This document shows positions 35,540 to 50,200 of a stretch of DNA of 64,000 nucleotides, piece after piece (the first letter of the stretch is position 1; each line of letters opens with the position of its first letter). A model generated the notes under the pieces. That model did no database searches and was not told the origin of the DNA. It was given only the letters and a program-made list of their open reading frames with translations. The stretch comes from Nemertoderma westbladi (Eukaryota > Animalia > Xenacoelomorpha). Location of the stretch: positions 1 through 64,000 of the forward strand of contig JAUCBJ010007040.1 of assembly GCA_032718475.1 (NCBI GenBank). The letters run 5' to 3'. The translations under genes were made by a program, and so were the position numbers.

Positions 35540-36150
35540 ATTGCCATTTATCAGTAATTGGTTATTGGTCAGTCTAACAACCACGCATTAATTATATTTT
35601 ACATGGGGTGAATGTAAAATCACTGCACAAGAAATACAAACTGTGTTTAGGTGATTATTAGGGGTCAACTTCTTATTGACCCCACACCGAGTTTAAAAGG
35701 GGCCAGATTTGGATGGAAACGTCAGTCCCAAAATAAGTCCCACAATCTTCATAGTTGGCCGCCTCGGCAGCTAAACTAGGCTCTGCTCCAAGGTATTGGA
35801 ATTCTTTCTTCCCAGGCCGGCCTTAGCGGATTCGCGGTGTAGCTGTGAAGGTAAGACGTTACCGGTACCGCCAACGACTGAGTTTTGGCTGACTAGCCTT
35901 AAAGTGAGCTCTGCTCCAAGGTATTGGATTTCATTCTTCGCAGGCCTGCCTTAGCGGGTTCGCGGTTGCTAGGGAAGGTAAGACGTTACCGCCGATGACT
36001 GAGATCTCTGGCTAACTAGCCCCACAGCGCTCGCGCACTCTGTCCACTGGCTACTTAATTCGTCTCAGGACCGACTATTTAGTTTTGGAGCTAACCATTT
36101 GCGTCCAATCGGTCCCACCCCTGTTTAGACTCAGACGGTAACCTGGTGTC
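35540..36150 (+). repeat. Diverged direct repeat (probable LTR part) of an older BEL element, copy 1
   Basis: ttgccatttatcagtaattggttatt...ggtcaacttcttattgacccca...gctaaccatttgcg is also found, diverged, at 43597-44210. Confidence 0.75.
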
Positions 36151-39100
36151 CTGCACTATCACCAAGTTCCAATAGCGTGAACCTGCACCAAGTTTATTAC
36201 GACTTTTATCTACACGACCTTTCACGTCTTGATTGTGTTTTTCAGAGTATTTTTAGTATAACGAAACGACTAAAAATACTGTATTTTTCGGTATATTTTG
36301 GATTGTATTTTGATTATTTTGAGGCTATACTTTGGATCCTAACGGACCCAAAGCACCCCTCACCCGGTTTCTCTTTTTCCTCATCCCAGAGGTTTTTCTA
36401 TGGTGTTACAGTACACTATTTTTATATGCCAGAAGGGAGCTATATACATCTTGGGAAGAACAGAAATCATTGTGTTTTTGCACTATCTTTGAAGGGTTCT
36501 GGTTGTCCGTAAATAACAAGTCATTAAAGGACCATGTTCTAGTGCGAAATATTTTATGACAGCCGGGAACCAAAACAATAAGGGAAAAGATAGCACTTCT
36601 TGGAACTTTTAGAGATACAAAGCCGTTTTAGGAGCTTATTGTGTCAAGAGGCGCAGGCACGAGAAATCCATTACAGTACAGTAATAAACTTGAACGTAAG
36701 ACGTTATTCAAGCACAAGTAGTAAGTTTATTACATTACAGTAATAAACTTGCGCTGCGTCTACGCGCCGCGTGAAAGACAAAAAGTATATTACCATTACA
36801 GTAATAAACTTCGTAGCACTCCCCGCCAGGAGTGCTCTACATTTTTTTATTACTTGTTGTTTTTTCGGCTAAGTGTAGGTCCCCCTGAGTGACTACCGGT
36901 GTACGGTACTAAATTTATTTTCAAAAATTTAAATAACTGCAATAGGCTCGTGGCAGCCCTCACGGTCATGGGTAGCGTTTGCTGAAAAGGTTATTTAAAT
37001 ATCAAGTGCAAAATACTCGGTTACGAAGTCTGAGTGTAATTTCGTAGGCAGAAAAATTACAGTGACTACGAATCTTAATTAGAAGAAAGAGACTTACACA
37101 TCTACCAACGGAAGAAGTTCTCAGGGATTAAGCTACCCCATTTGTCAACCAAAACCGGAAGACTACGTCAGCTCGCACCCCACAGAGATGGTATAAAAAA
37201 ATATCTAGCCCTGTATTGCCACCCCTATCCCACGTACGCCCCTTTGTGTTTGTTTGTTTTATTTATTATTTGTATTGTGCTGTTCTGTAGACGAACCAGA
37301 TACTCGAGGGTAAAAGCTGTGTGCTGGTAAGTCTGGTTCACTTGCGGGTGAATCTATGTAACTCGTTCCTTGGGGTAAAGTATACATTTACCTAACTATA
37401 TGTGGATTGGTAAGTTATTATAGTAACCATTCACGAGAGCAAAGTGTCTTAAGTGGATCCGTTGGTGTGATAGTTAACAGGACTTACTATTAGTGTTGCT
37501 CTATAGACTTCTGCCTCTACCTTTGTGTGGTCGTATGAAGTAAGTAAGTTGCGTTGATGGTGCCCCGTAAAGCGCAAGCCCAAATCTTTTACGTCCGAGT
37601 ATTGTTCATTTGTTGTCCCTGACCAAACGGGTGGAAACGTTTGGTTGCGTCGGGTGTGTATAAGGTATGTTCTTAAGTACAGTACCTCACGTCCTAACTC
37701 TCGCACATGTTTGTTCATGTATGTTTGCGTTACGGCTGTTGAGTATTAACATAATGTAAGCACTTCAAAAGTTACTTTTCGGGATTTAGCGTAAACTGTA
37801 ACCACGTTGGGTGAGAAACCCAGCAAACCCCTTAAGTGGGCCCCCGTATGGTTTGCAGTGAAACTATTTTCTAGAAGATTAATTTTGTTGCGTCCACCAT
37901 CTTGATTGCGTGTACCAAGTAAGTATTCCCTTATACACGTACCATTGTATTTATTACTAACTATAAATAAAATGGAATAGGTCTTTGACTTATTTAGTTT
38001 AAGAATAATTCTGAACCACCAAATATTCTGGTCAGTATCTATCCAGGCAAATCACCGTTAGTTGGGAAAATTCTTATTATTTATAATATTAAAGATTTTC
38101 AACCCGAAGTGGTGTATTTTTTGATTTTTTTGGTGTAGACCGAATTTTTTCGAAATTTGACTGCTGCGGACTTTAAACTAAATATTAACGTTATCCTGGG
38201 ATAACAAACCATATACACCAAAAAAGGGCTGTTGGTTGAAAGCACTGCAGCCATCGACTGGGACGTTTTTTCAGACTGCTAGCCTCTGTTGTAGGGATTC
38301 CAAGTAAGTCCACCCTCTTTTTTACTAAGAGGACAAGCTTTCGTATCCTCGAAAAAATAAAACCCTTACCATATAGGGCTGCTCGATTCCTAGGCAGTTT
38401 CGAGCGGCTGTCTTTCCCTTAATATCAGGTTGGAACTTTGGTTTGGAAAACGCGCAGGTTCCTGATAAAGTGGTGAAGAAACACACTTACCGAACATGTC
38501 ATTATCTGCTTTGACAGAAAAATAAAATAAGTTTTTTAAGATACAGTAATCATTGGAAATTATTTTTATTAGAAATGTTTTATATAAATGTAAATGTTTT
38601 ATGTAAATATAATAAAGTAACTAGTGATTACTTTATATTACCAAAACTAATAATTGCGTCTCTCTTTTTCCCCCCAATCAGGAGTACTGTACAATCTGTG
38701 TTGACATGAGGACTTACATCTTTGTGTCTTCATGAAGTGTTTTCACCTCTCGTTTGGAGTTGGTGAAGTTCTCTTATTTTGTCGCTAATATGCTAAGTTT
38801 CACGTGACACAGATATTAGGGTTGGGTGGTGTGCATATTTGGTGCAATTTCACTTTGAGTGTCTTTGATTTATCACACGGTGCTCAAAGAAAAATTATCT
38901 GCCCCAAACGTTTTGACTGAACACTCATTTTTTTTTGTGAAAACCTTTTTGGCCGACCTGTAAGTCGGTAAGTTGGGAGTTGCTCAGGATTTATTCCTCT
39001 GCACATAGCCTGCCTGGACCAGGCCCTTGATATAACTTGGCGGACAAACCTTGCCCAATTATATTCCTCCACGAGGGAGGTAGTTAGTAGGGCTCACGCC

Positions 39101-39480
39101 CAAAGACATGCTGGTGGTATATAAGTCTTACCCAACTTTATAATATTTTATGGCAAAAGGAAAATTTACATTAATATTTTCTTTGAAAATTTCCGTTGGT
39201 AATTGCTCTGGAGATATTCCAGTGCTGGCTGTTTCAGACCAAACTCTCGACCTTGGTTGAGACCAGTAAGTTCCTAGTAGCGTGGGAACTGAAGAGGAAC
39301 GTGGGTAATAACAAGCCACACTTGGTGCCACCAACAAACTTTTTTCAAAGGTAAATTTTCAGAAAAGTGTTTAATCCTACCTATAGAACAGTTGATCCTA
39401 GTACTACCCTAATTAAGATCAAAATTCAATATTCGGGAGGGCCCCTGTAATTAAGCCAGCCCGATAAAATTAATAAAGAG

Positions 39481-42400
39481 TTGATCCTCTGGATAGGGTC
39501 GAATATGTCCGACGTGACGCACTCGTTGATGGACCCTGACGAGAGACCCATCAACCAATCGCAGACCGTGCGGTACACCACACCAACTACAACGCATCCC
39601 ATAGAGGAACCGCCTACTTCAATCTGGGTTGGCGGAACACCAATAGCATCTTCCAGACACTCTGACTATCATCCAGGAGGACGAGGCACCCGCTTGCCAC
39701 CTCCTACTAACCAAAATATGACAACTTCTGTGCGCAAGGGGATTACAGTATCCCCTAGCGTGAGTTGATCCTCCAAACACACTGACAACATTCCCGGTGA
39801 CGACAATTCGATTCCTCCGCATTGACAAATCGCAGCAATGAAAAGAGCTTCAGAGATTGCTCGCTCTCCAATTGTTACGTGATGCTGATCAGAACAACCC
39901 TCAAATGTAGAACGGATGGGGATCACCATGGCAACATGTAACCGGACAATTGGACAGTATAAAGCCCTTTTAACACGCATGGATAAAGAGGTAAATTATG
40001 GGATCCAACAAGAGACTCTGGATTGACCTCGAGCCGAGGAAATGCTGCAAAGGATGAATCGACAAAGAAATCAATGTATAAATCACATCAGCACTCGACG
40101 AGATTTATTGATAAGAGACGGAGGTTGGTCAGAGGATCTCCAAGAAAATAGCTATATATCTTCCCAATACATGGAAAAATTTACAGAGACACAGGACAAG
40201 ATTACCTTTCACCTTCTATTCTCATCGGGAAGTGAAGACCAACTAATGAGAGGAACTTCCCCTTTAACTGAAATTCCTGCCACGTCCCGAGATTCCGCTC
40301 CTCTTGAGCTCCTGACATATGAGATGGATGATGTTCAATTAAGTCATGATGTACAACAAATGGTGGTCCCTGTAAACCCAATCATCAGCGGCTCAGGGAA
40401 CGCTTGAACTCAACAACTGACGAAGATTCCCCACAAATGAGTAAGGATTACCTAGAACCCTCCAACAAAAACATTCCAACACAGAAACCTACTCTAGCAC
40501 CAGCATCACTAACGGCGAGTGTGCTATGAAGACTTCCACAGGAAAGTCCCAACCTTCATACAAGTGATTATTTGTCAAAGTATAATCTCATCAATTGGAC
40601 ATGAATTTACCACAGCACCTTCACCCTTCCAGCCTTATGAATTATATTCAGCACGTTCCATTGTTCCATCTGTGATGTCTGCAAGGTCACCCCGGTCAGA
40701 CCATTCTCACACCTCAAGAATTTCCTCGAGAACAAGAATGTCGAATACTGATCGCATTCTGAACTCAGAAGATAAGAATCTTACAATCTACTCAGGAACA
40801 AGAATAAATCAGAAAACTCAAAGAATATGATGCCCAAAGATATACTGAAATAGTGGATGGACAAAACAAAAAATTATAACTACAAAAGGAACAAAAAAAA
40901 ATCCTAAACCAGACGCAGAACAAAAGACCAGAGGTTAGAAATAAATAAACATAAGTTGGAAATGGAACGTCGAGTTGAACAAAATAGGTTGAAAATGGAA
41001 TGCCAACCTGAACATAAGGAAAATAGAACATAAGGAAAAACAACTGCGCTTGGAGGAAGAATATCAGGCAGAACAGGAAGATTTCCAACGGGAAGAACAA
41101 CTAAGAACAGTGGAACAACAAAGAATAGATATCCAGAACAAGCCAACATAAATGACAAATTCCGATGGTTAACAGATGAATATAAAAGAGTAGCAAGTGG
41201 ACCCCCAACATTTTACGAGGCATGGTTAAAAACTTCATCCTGAGAGTAAAGATCCAAAGAATACCCCAAAAACTCTTCCTCCACCGCCTAAAACAACTAC
41301 CTCGTCATTTAAAGTAAATTATTACAAGGACTCAACACTATACACAACGTCTCCAACTAACAATTACGGCAATGGGAGCCTCCTTGCAGTGGGCCCCTTA
41401 AAAGGGAGCAGTGGTATTCCTAAAGATCATCCCTATACAATTCAAAAACTGCAACAGAAACGCAATTGTAACAACCTATGCGTTCCTTGACAATGGTTCA
41501 ATGGGCACCTTTATTTGAAAACCTGAAAATCGATTATAATCGACCGTCAGAATGGCCTCTAGAACGAATCCAACATCTTAGAGACATCGAGACACCAAGT
41601 GATCACATGGAGGTCGATAGGGTTTCAATCCTTATTGGTTTCAACTTTCCACTTCTACAGATGGTACTCGATGGAGTATGGGGTAACACCGCGATAGATC
41701 AAGAACATCTCCCTCACGCAGAAATAACACCCCTCAGATGTGTTATAACAGGACCATTTGAACCACAATACCTCCCTGTAACATCAAACTGCTACAGCAA
41801 CATAATACAGGTGGATCCAAAAGAAGACGAACACGCAGCAACATGTACATGTTATAGAGAGATAGTCCTGATGCCCATTCTGAAGAAACAACTAATTCAA
41901 TATTGGGATTTGGAACATTTCGAGGTACCAACAAAGGAGAAATTTCGCTTGGTGGGAGACACAAAATCACTGAAGATGATGGAACGAGATACTACCTTTG
42001 AAAATGGACATTACTATGTCCCAATGTTATGGTGAGATAAACAAAAACCTCTTACACCTAACCTCACCCTAGCAATTAAAAGATTGCGATGGAAAAAGAC
42101 GAGAGTGCATCAGAACAATGACCAATGAATCAGAACAATTCTAAACAAAAATAGAAGAGTTCATCACCAAGAGAATAGGACGATAACTGATGGAGGAAGA
42201 AATTCTAAATCCCGACCCCCAACGATACTACATTCCATCTCACTACATTCTAGAAACAAACAAGAACAATAAAGTGTGAGTAGTAATGGACGCTGCAGCA
42301 ACTTGGAAAGGCCATAGCCTAAATTCGGAACTAATGGCTGGACCCAACCTATTCAACACGATTGTGGCAATACTAATCCAATTCTGAGTTTACCCCATTG

Positions 42401-43596
42401 CTTTCTGCTTAGAACTAGAAGCGATGTTTCATCAAGTTAAGGTATACCCTGAAGATGCCGTATCACAAACTATCTTATGGTACGATGGACAAGAGGAACC
42501 GAAATCCATAACAGACACATTCAAATGAATGCAAAGATGTTCGGCACCACTGATGCCACATCTACAATAGTTTTCCCACTCAAAAAGACAGGAAGCGACA
42601 ACGCCAACAGATATCCCGCCAATGTAAATGAGATGATTCAAAAACGTTTCTACGTGGACGATGGGCTCACAGGCGAATCTACCGTAAAGAAAGCGGTACT
42701 GTTAGCATATAATCTAATAGACTGTCTAAAAAGAGGAGGATTCAATGCTACCAAATTCCTATCCAACTCTCGACAATTCCTTAACAATATACCGGCAAAC
42801 AAAGTTGCTAAAGGAGTCCTAGATCTGGATTGGACGAAATGCCATTGTCAGGAGCATTGGGAGTAAAATGGTGGCCTGAAGAAGACCCAATCACCATCGC
42901 AGTTAAACCGCAGATGGTGATCAACCAGGAACAAGCAATGAAGAGGACAATTCTTTCCATCATTATGTCCGTCTATGATCCACTAGGACTCATTGCACTA
43001 ATCGCATTACAAGGAAAGATCATGTTCCAGAAATGTTGGATAGACAAACTGGATTGGGATAAACAACTACCACCAGCATTGCTTACCGACTGGATAAAGT
43101 GTACTTCCCAATTAGAAATCCCTACAGAATTGCAGATACCCCATCTGTACTTCCCGATGATCCCAGACACTCCAATATACGAGTTACATCAATTCTGCGA
43201 TGCCGGAGAAACCTGTTATGGCACTGTTTCGTACCTTCATTGTGTGGGTGGGGAGTGAGAGCCTATTTACACTAGGCTCGTATTATCTCGACACATATCA
43301 TGTCATACATATCTACACAGACGGTACCCAGGATGGAGTTATAAGCGGCAGTACTGGCAGGTAAATCGCACGCTGAAGTTATCAGTGCGTTGGAACTCAA
43401 AATCGAACGAAATTATTTCTATTTGGATTCAGAGGTGTTACTATGTCAACTATCAAATGAGTCAAGGCGCTTCGTAACCTTTGTTGCAAATCGGATAGAG
43501 GAAGTGAGAAGGTTCACCGAGATAAGACAATGGAGATATGTTCCCACAGAATTGAACCCAGCAGACTGTGCAAGCAGAGTGATGCAGACTGATGAA
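39481..43596 (+). pseudogene. Heavily decayed BEL/Pao gag-pol (PR, RT, RNase H; integrase absent)
   Basis: VVMDAAA..GHSLNSELMAGPNL (~42280), RFYVDDGLTG, SVYDPLGLI, LHQFCDAGETCYG and WRYVPTELNPADCASR, with many stops and frameshifts. Confidence 0.9.
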
Positions 43597-44210
43597 TTGC
43601 CATTCATCAGTAATCGGTTATTTATCAGTTTAACAACCACATATTAATTATATTTTACATGGGTTGAAAGTAAAATCACTGCAAAAGAAAGACAAACTGT
43701 GTTTAGGTGATAATTAGAGGTCAACTTCTTATTGACCCCACATCGGGTTTAAAAGGGGCCATATTTGGATGGAAAAGTCAGTCCCAAAAACCAGCCTTCA
43801 TAGTTAGCTGCCTCGGCAGCTAAACTAAGCTCTGCTCTAAGTTATTGGACTTCTTTCTTCCCAGGCCAGCCTTAGCGGGTTCGTGGTAGTTGGGAAGCTA
43901 AGTCATTACCGCCGAGGACTGAGCTCTCTGGCATTCTGGCTAACTAGCCCCAGAGCTCTCACGTACTCTGTCCACTGGCTACTTAGTTCATCCCCGGACT
44001 GACTATTTAGTTTTGGGGGCAGAGTAGCAGTGTTTCTATAGGCTTCGACTCTGTCAGATATGGTGGTGCTTGTGCACTCTGTCCGCTGGCTATACAGTTC
44101 ATCCCAGGCTCGCCAGGAACGACGGTATAGTTTTGAGGGCAAAGTAACAGCTAACCATTTGCGCCAAATCGGTCCCACCCGTTTGGACGGTAACCTTGTG
44201 TTCTGGTGTA
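43597..44210 (+). repeat. Diverged direct repeat (probable LTR part) of older BEL element, copy 2
   Basis: Homologous to 35540-36150 and joined directly to the RNase H remnant. Confidence 0.75.
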
Positions 44211-46323
44211 TTTTTTATTGTTTTTACATGATGTATAAACTAGAAAGCCAGCAACCTGGCTATAAGAAGACCGTCTATAAAACAACAAAACCGTAAAATT
44301 TAAATCTTATTCCATTTCTGAAGCGAAAAGATGAACAAATATTTAGCCATATCCAATCCCGCCATCACTATGAAGCAACAATTTTAATATAAGCCTATAA
44401 TATGCATGTATCCTAATAATAATTTCTACGAAACCAGAGGGCGCTTTCTCTCAATAACGGTTTGGTTAATAATATAATGGAGGTAGAAAGTGGGGGTGTC
44501 ATTAATATAATCGTCCAGTATCAATAGAAGTCTGCCCGACAGCTGTTGTGATTATAGCCGACTGATTGTTCAGTGAAATATTGTATTGAACGAAGACAGA
44601 GTTAAAGCTGCACACTTGACATCCCAACATGTAGAACACGTTCTCTACCAAACCAATATCAATGTGCACGCACACACACAGACAAACAAACAAACATATG
44701 TTTTTCTGACAGCAAGAAGACCTAACGGTCTCTAATTATAATAAATTAAACATTAAATTATTGATTTAGATTGACAATTTTAAATTAACTGATTGAATGT
44801 TGTTGTCTAATTTTATAAGGAAATGTACAGGCCAGAGAGCTTAAATTCTTACACTTGTATGGGTATGTATGGCTGTAATATAAATTTATTATAGGAAGGG
44901 ATACAGCTTGCCAACACATCCGTACTATCTGTAATATAAATAAAAGCCAACAAGCTGGCTATAAGACAAACGTAATGTAGTTGGATCCCTCCCCATTGAA
45001 CAGCTTTGCTTACTGTCTAGGAGAGAGAAATTCCGGCCCCTAAATGTCATTATTATTATTAAACTATGAAACATATGAACGGCCCAGTGCTTATAATTCA
45101 ATCAGGTGGCCTGCCACTTAACATAACACATTGAGTAATCTTGCAGATATTCCCATAGGGTTCACCGGGAAGAGTTATTCAGCTGTCAGGGAAATACAAA
45201 AAACTAACGTTGATGTTTGCTTTTGTCTGGGATAGAGTGAGTGCGTAAACACAACCTTACTAAACTTGGCACAACCTTACTTCTCTGCAATTTGGGCCTC
45301 CATTCAATCAATAGTAGTAGCTTACTAGGCCCTCATGAGAACCAGCAGCTGGTGTTTCTATCATTGAGTCTATGGCAATTTTCGTGTTATCGGGCTATTT
45401 TTCGAAATAAAAAAATTACACTTTAATAATTTTTTTCGAAACTTTTTTTCCACATCCTGGGGTTGAGCTGCGTCGATTGATACTGTATAACTTTAATTGA
45501 CGGACGAGCTATTGCTTCGGAGGAGTTTACCCGATATACATAGATAGTGAATACTTTTACAGTAAGAAGTCCTAACGGTCTTCTAATAAAGCAATCTAAT
45601 TATCTATCTAAACCCTACACTATCAGGTACATTCTCCACGTTTCGTTTCGTACACCTGAAGCAAAAACACTATTCTTAAAGATATCATACATTGCATTCA
45701 ACTAAGTTCAATTTAATATATATTATATGGCCTACAGCACTGCAGTAACATTAGCATATGTTACGTAATTGATGTCATGGGGTGAATCATCTCTACAGTA
45801 ATCGAATATACCATGCCTACGAGATAAAATATAATTACTGTGATGTTACTGTGATGGTGCATGGTAGTGAACTTAAGGTTTATCTTGTATAATCTCTTAT
45901 GTGGAAAAATCCATATCTTCATTATATGTTTTCTTCCCTAACACATGGACATTTATAGCATAACCTATCTGTCACAGTACATACAGCGCTATACTATATA
46001 TGATTATATTATAGGACACAGTTACACAACATAATTTAACGCAATTATATTTTATTTTGTTAAATTTACTTTAGTTAAATAAGACACTACAGTACTAGAT
46101 TTTAAATCAGACACCATACTAGCTTGGAAAAGTTAGTTAGTTGTTTGGCTAGTTAGTTGGCCTTATGGCATCTAACAATATGGCCAGTAAGAGGGCGAAT
46201 GTTCCATTACGTATATTCTTTGTGGCCCTAATGGGGTCCATTTCTCTAGTTATAGCGGCTATGGATGACATTTCAGAAAATGTAGAATTGACGAAAAGAA
46301 CAGTTGCTGGTAAGCATTGTCCC

Positions 46324-46920
46324 AACATTAAACAGTAGTTTTCTAAACATTAAACAGTAGTTTTCTAAACATTAAACAGTAGTTTTCTAAACATTAAACA
46401 GTAGTTTTCTAAACATTAAACAGTAGTTTTCTAAACATTAAACAGTAGTTTTCTAAACATTAAACAGTAGTTTTCTAAACATTAAACAGTAGTTTTCTAA
46501 ACATTAAACAGTAGTTTTCTAAACATTAAACAGTAGTTTTCTAAACATTAAACAGTAGTTTTCTAGACATTAAACAGTAGTTTTCTAAACATTAAACAGT
46601 AGTTGTCTAAACATTAAACAGTAGTTTTCTAAACATTAAACAGTAGTTTTCTAAACATTAAACAGTAGTTTTCTAAACATTAAACAGTAGTTTTCTAAAC
46701 ATTAAACAGTAGTTTTCTAAACATTAAACAGTAGTTTTCTAAACATTAAACAGTAGTTTTCTAAACATTAAACAGTAGTTGTCTAAACATTAAACAGTAG
46801 TTTTCTAAACATTAAACAGTAGTTTTCTAAACATTAAACAGTAGTTTTCTAAACATTAAACAGTAGTTTTCTAAACATTAAACAGTAGTTTTCTAAACAT
46901 TAAACAGCAGGCCTAGTTTT
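46324..46920. repeat. 22-bp minisatellite, ~26-27 nearly perfect copies
   Basis: Unit aaacattaaacagtagttttct with only a few point variants. Confidence 0.97.
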
Positions 46921-46940
46921 CATAAAATTTGCATTTCTGT

Positions 46941-47034
46941 CTTGAAGATGCGGATGATCGGATAATTAAATTTGATGGGTGATAGGGAGTTGTGGCGGCG
47001 CAATTTAGTCTACAAGCCGGCACAGCAATCTTAA
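46941..47034 (+). mobile_element. Short RTE 3'-end fragment
   Basis: cttgaagatgcggatgatc...gggtgatagggagttgtggcggcgcaat...caagccggcacagcaatcttaa matches 56540-56630. Confidence 0.8.
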
Positions 47035-47258
47035 TATATATGATATTGATATTATATATAATTCAGAATCCTGATATTAGTTTGTTGTATTATGACTTAT
47101 TTATATCCATACTAACGGTAATTTTAAATCTTTATCATATCTACAGTATATACATAATTTGGTGTATTTGTTATGAAATGATAAACAATTCAATGGAATG
47201 TACTTTGCTTATTTCCTATGATGTAACTGGATCCATTCGGTAATCTGTCGTAACCGGT

Positions 47259-50200
47259 CTAGCGAAGTAGGAACACTTCATCGAGGCTAGCTTGGGTGGG
47301 GAGGGTCCCCATGATGGCGCTGGCATTCCCACGGGTGATGGCAATCGATAGCCGCTGGAACAGGAAGGAGGTGGACCTTGGTTCCCCGGTGGCGAGGGCG
47401 ATTCGGCGACCAATCTCATTGAGGAGAACGGTGCCCTCATCACCGATTGGGCCGAGGGTTTCGGAGGCAACCGTCACAAAGTGATAGTTGTGAGCCAGGT
47501 CGGCGTATTTAGCAGCTTTGGTTGCCTCAGCCGCTGCGGCAGCACCCCCTTCGGTTATCGATGTAATCGGGAGATAGGATTGGGCTAAGGTATCCCGGCA
47601 GGTGAAGTCCCAAACGAGGCTACGTCCTTGGTGCCAAGGGGCGACAGACATACCGTCTGGTTTCCGGCCATCCTTGCAGAGGTTGCGGGGCTCGAGGGTG
47701 GATGATATACCGGCAGATGACAGGGCGCGGTGGATCACATCGTTGGCCTCAGCGTGGCGGGAGAATTTACCACAGTTGTGGAGGCAGCTGAGACCATGAG
47801 TCCCGCTTGTGTCGACGACGGCATCACAGCCTTGACGAGAATGCTCGGCACAGACTGGCGCGCCGAGACGGATGGCGGTGCCGATCCGGACCTGGTCGTC
47901 GCTAAGACGGAGCCCCAGGGAAGCGATGGGGAGCACCTGGAGCCAAGCACCTGAGTGTTTAGCCTTAGAGGCGATGAGTCGGGCCTTCGCTTTGGGGGTG
48001 TTGGCAGAAGCTAGGAGGGAGTCGTATGTTTTGGAGCACAGGGGAGCATCCCAGGCCTTTTGGACAGATGGGTTGGGAGGTGTGTCGGTGCCAGGAGGAA
48101 GGAGCGATAGGGCCTTTGAGATGAGCGGGTTAGTCGAATCGGAGATAGAGGGGGGCAGAAGGGCACGAAGCAGGGGACCGCATCCGAAGACGGAGGCCAA
48201 GAAGGCCGGCAGTGAGACGTCCCTCGTGCTACGCACGCCAAGCCCACCTGAAGCGATGGGGAGAGAGGCTTGAGACCAGGAAGAGCCATCGAGCCGAATA
48301 TTCAGCGTTGACTCAAGTGCAGCTCTAATTGAAGAGTCGAAGTCGGATAGAGATGGGGCAAGGAAGCAAGGGGAGCAACGCAGGATAAACATTAGTTTGG
48401 GGATTGCGAAACAGTGGCGGAGCAGGTATAAAGCGTCATGAGAAGAAAGGAGTTGGAGGCGATTGGTGAAAGTTGCCAGTTCGGATGCTTTGTTCTGGAG
48501 AATGGACTCCATAGCTGGTTCACCGAGCGGAGCACCCAGAAGGGAGGCATCAACGAGGTCGATACATTTGATTCCAGGAGTGATCGCATCGAATATGGCG
48601 GCGGTCTCAGGTTTCCGATTTGGTGGAAAGTTGGTGGAAAAAATCAACTCACATTTCGATGCTTTAATCTGGAGGCCGAGTTTAGCAGCTTTGGAGATCA
48701 CAGATTCAAGGTTAGAGGCAACAACGGAGGGGGTCCCTCCAAGGGACCCATCGTCTAAGAACCAGACGTTGAGGGGAGTTTCGACACTCTCAACAATTTC
48801 ATGGGTGTCAGAGCTGAAGAAAAGGTTGCCTAGAGGGTCACCCTGTTGAATTCCAACCTCCGAAGAAATGGTTGTGTCCTCATAGAAAAGGTGGGTGGGT
48901 TGCGAGTAGGCCTGGAAAGCGATGGGGTACAGGGGTGGAAGGTTCTGCAGGATTGAATGGAGGACAGGCCCGCGATGAACGCTGTTGAAGGCGTTTTTGA
49001 AGTCAATTTTGACCATGATGGTTGGCTCAACTGACTCCTGAAGAAATCTCCGGGATGCATGAACAGCGGCCTCGCAGCCACGGGGTATTCCATGGCCTAG
49101 TTGGTGGGGGGCAAGTTTGAGTTGGGAGTTCTTAGAAGATTGATGGCAACCAGTCTTAGCAGATAGACGTCGAAGGGTACAACCTACTGCAATGGGACGG
49201 ATTCCGCCGTTGACTTTGGTAAAGGCACATAGTCGGGCCCCATACAGAAAAGGGAGGATGGTTTCTGGAACTAATCCTTTGATTAGTAGGTTGGATATGC
49301 CGGTGATGCCTTTCAGAGCTCCCATGGCTGCATCGCCGGATTGGTGGGAGCAAAAGTCCTTAAGGAATTGAGGACGAAGTTTGTCGGGGCCGGCGGCAGA
49401 ACCATTCGGAAACGATCGGATAGATTTCATGATTTCTGGAAGGGAGAACTCGATGAGAGGGATATCAAGGACATCAAGCGAGGGGAGCTCCAGAAGGCAT
49501 CCTGGAACAGCTGGAGGGTGAAGTGAAAGGAGGGCCTGGAGTGTTTCGGGAGTTGCGGGTGCAATAGAGGTAGCCGAGGAAGCCAGGCGGGCGGCAGCCT
49601 TGACATTACCTTCTTCTATTTTGGAGGATATGAGATTGCCTAAGTGCTCAACACGGATTGCTTGGGAATCCGTCTTGAGTGGGCATTGTCTAGGAGGGGT
49701 GGGGAGGGCAATGGGTGAGGGGCCAAGGGCTAGATCGAGGTAGTCAGAGATTTGGTCTTTGACCTTAGAGGTAAGTGACTTTCCGACACGGCTGGGGTGG
49801 TTGGATTTGTTACAGCGTCTTTTCCGGGTGTTGCAAGATGGGACACGGAGACAATAGGGGAAGGCGAGTAGGTTGATCCAGTTTTTTACAGAATTGTCCT
49901 GGGTCACAGAAGAGCATAGGCGGGTGTAGGCTGATGCTGCGGATGAGCGGGCACCACGCGGGATGCGGGTCAGGGTTTTAATCTTAGAGAGAGTGATGAA
50001 CAGGTTTGTCAAATGTGCAGCATAATTGAACCCGGGTGCCTCACAAGGTGTTTGCGGCAGGGCTGGGTTGGGTGGCTCGCAGGAAGGCCCTGAGACAGGG
50101 GTTTGGTTGGAGGTGGGGCTGACCACCGGCTGATTGAGTAGTGGTAGAGAACCGGAACTGGGACAATGGGAGCCATCCAGGGCCTTGTGTTTACGGAGGC

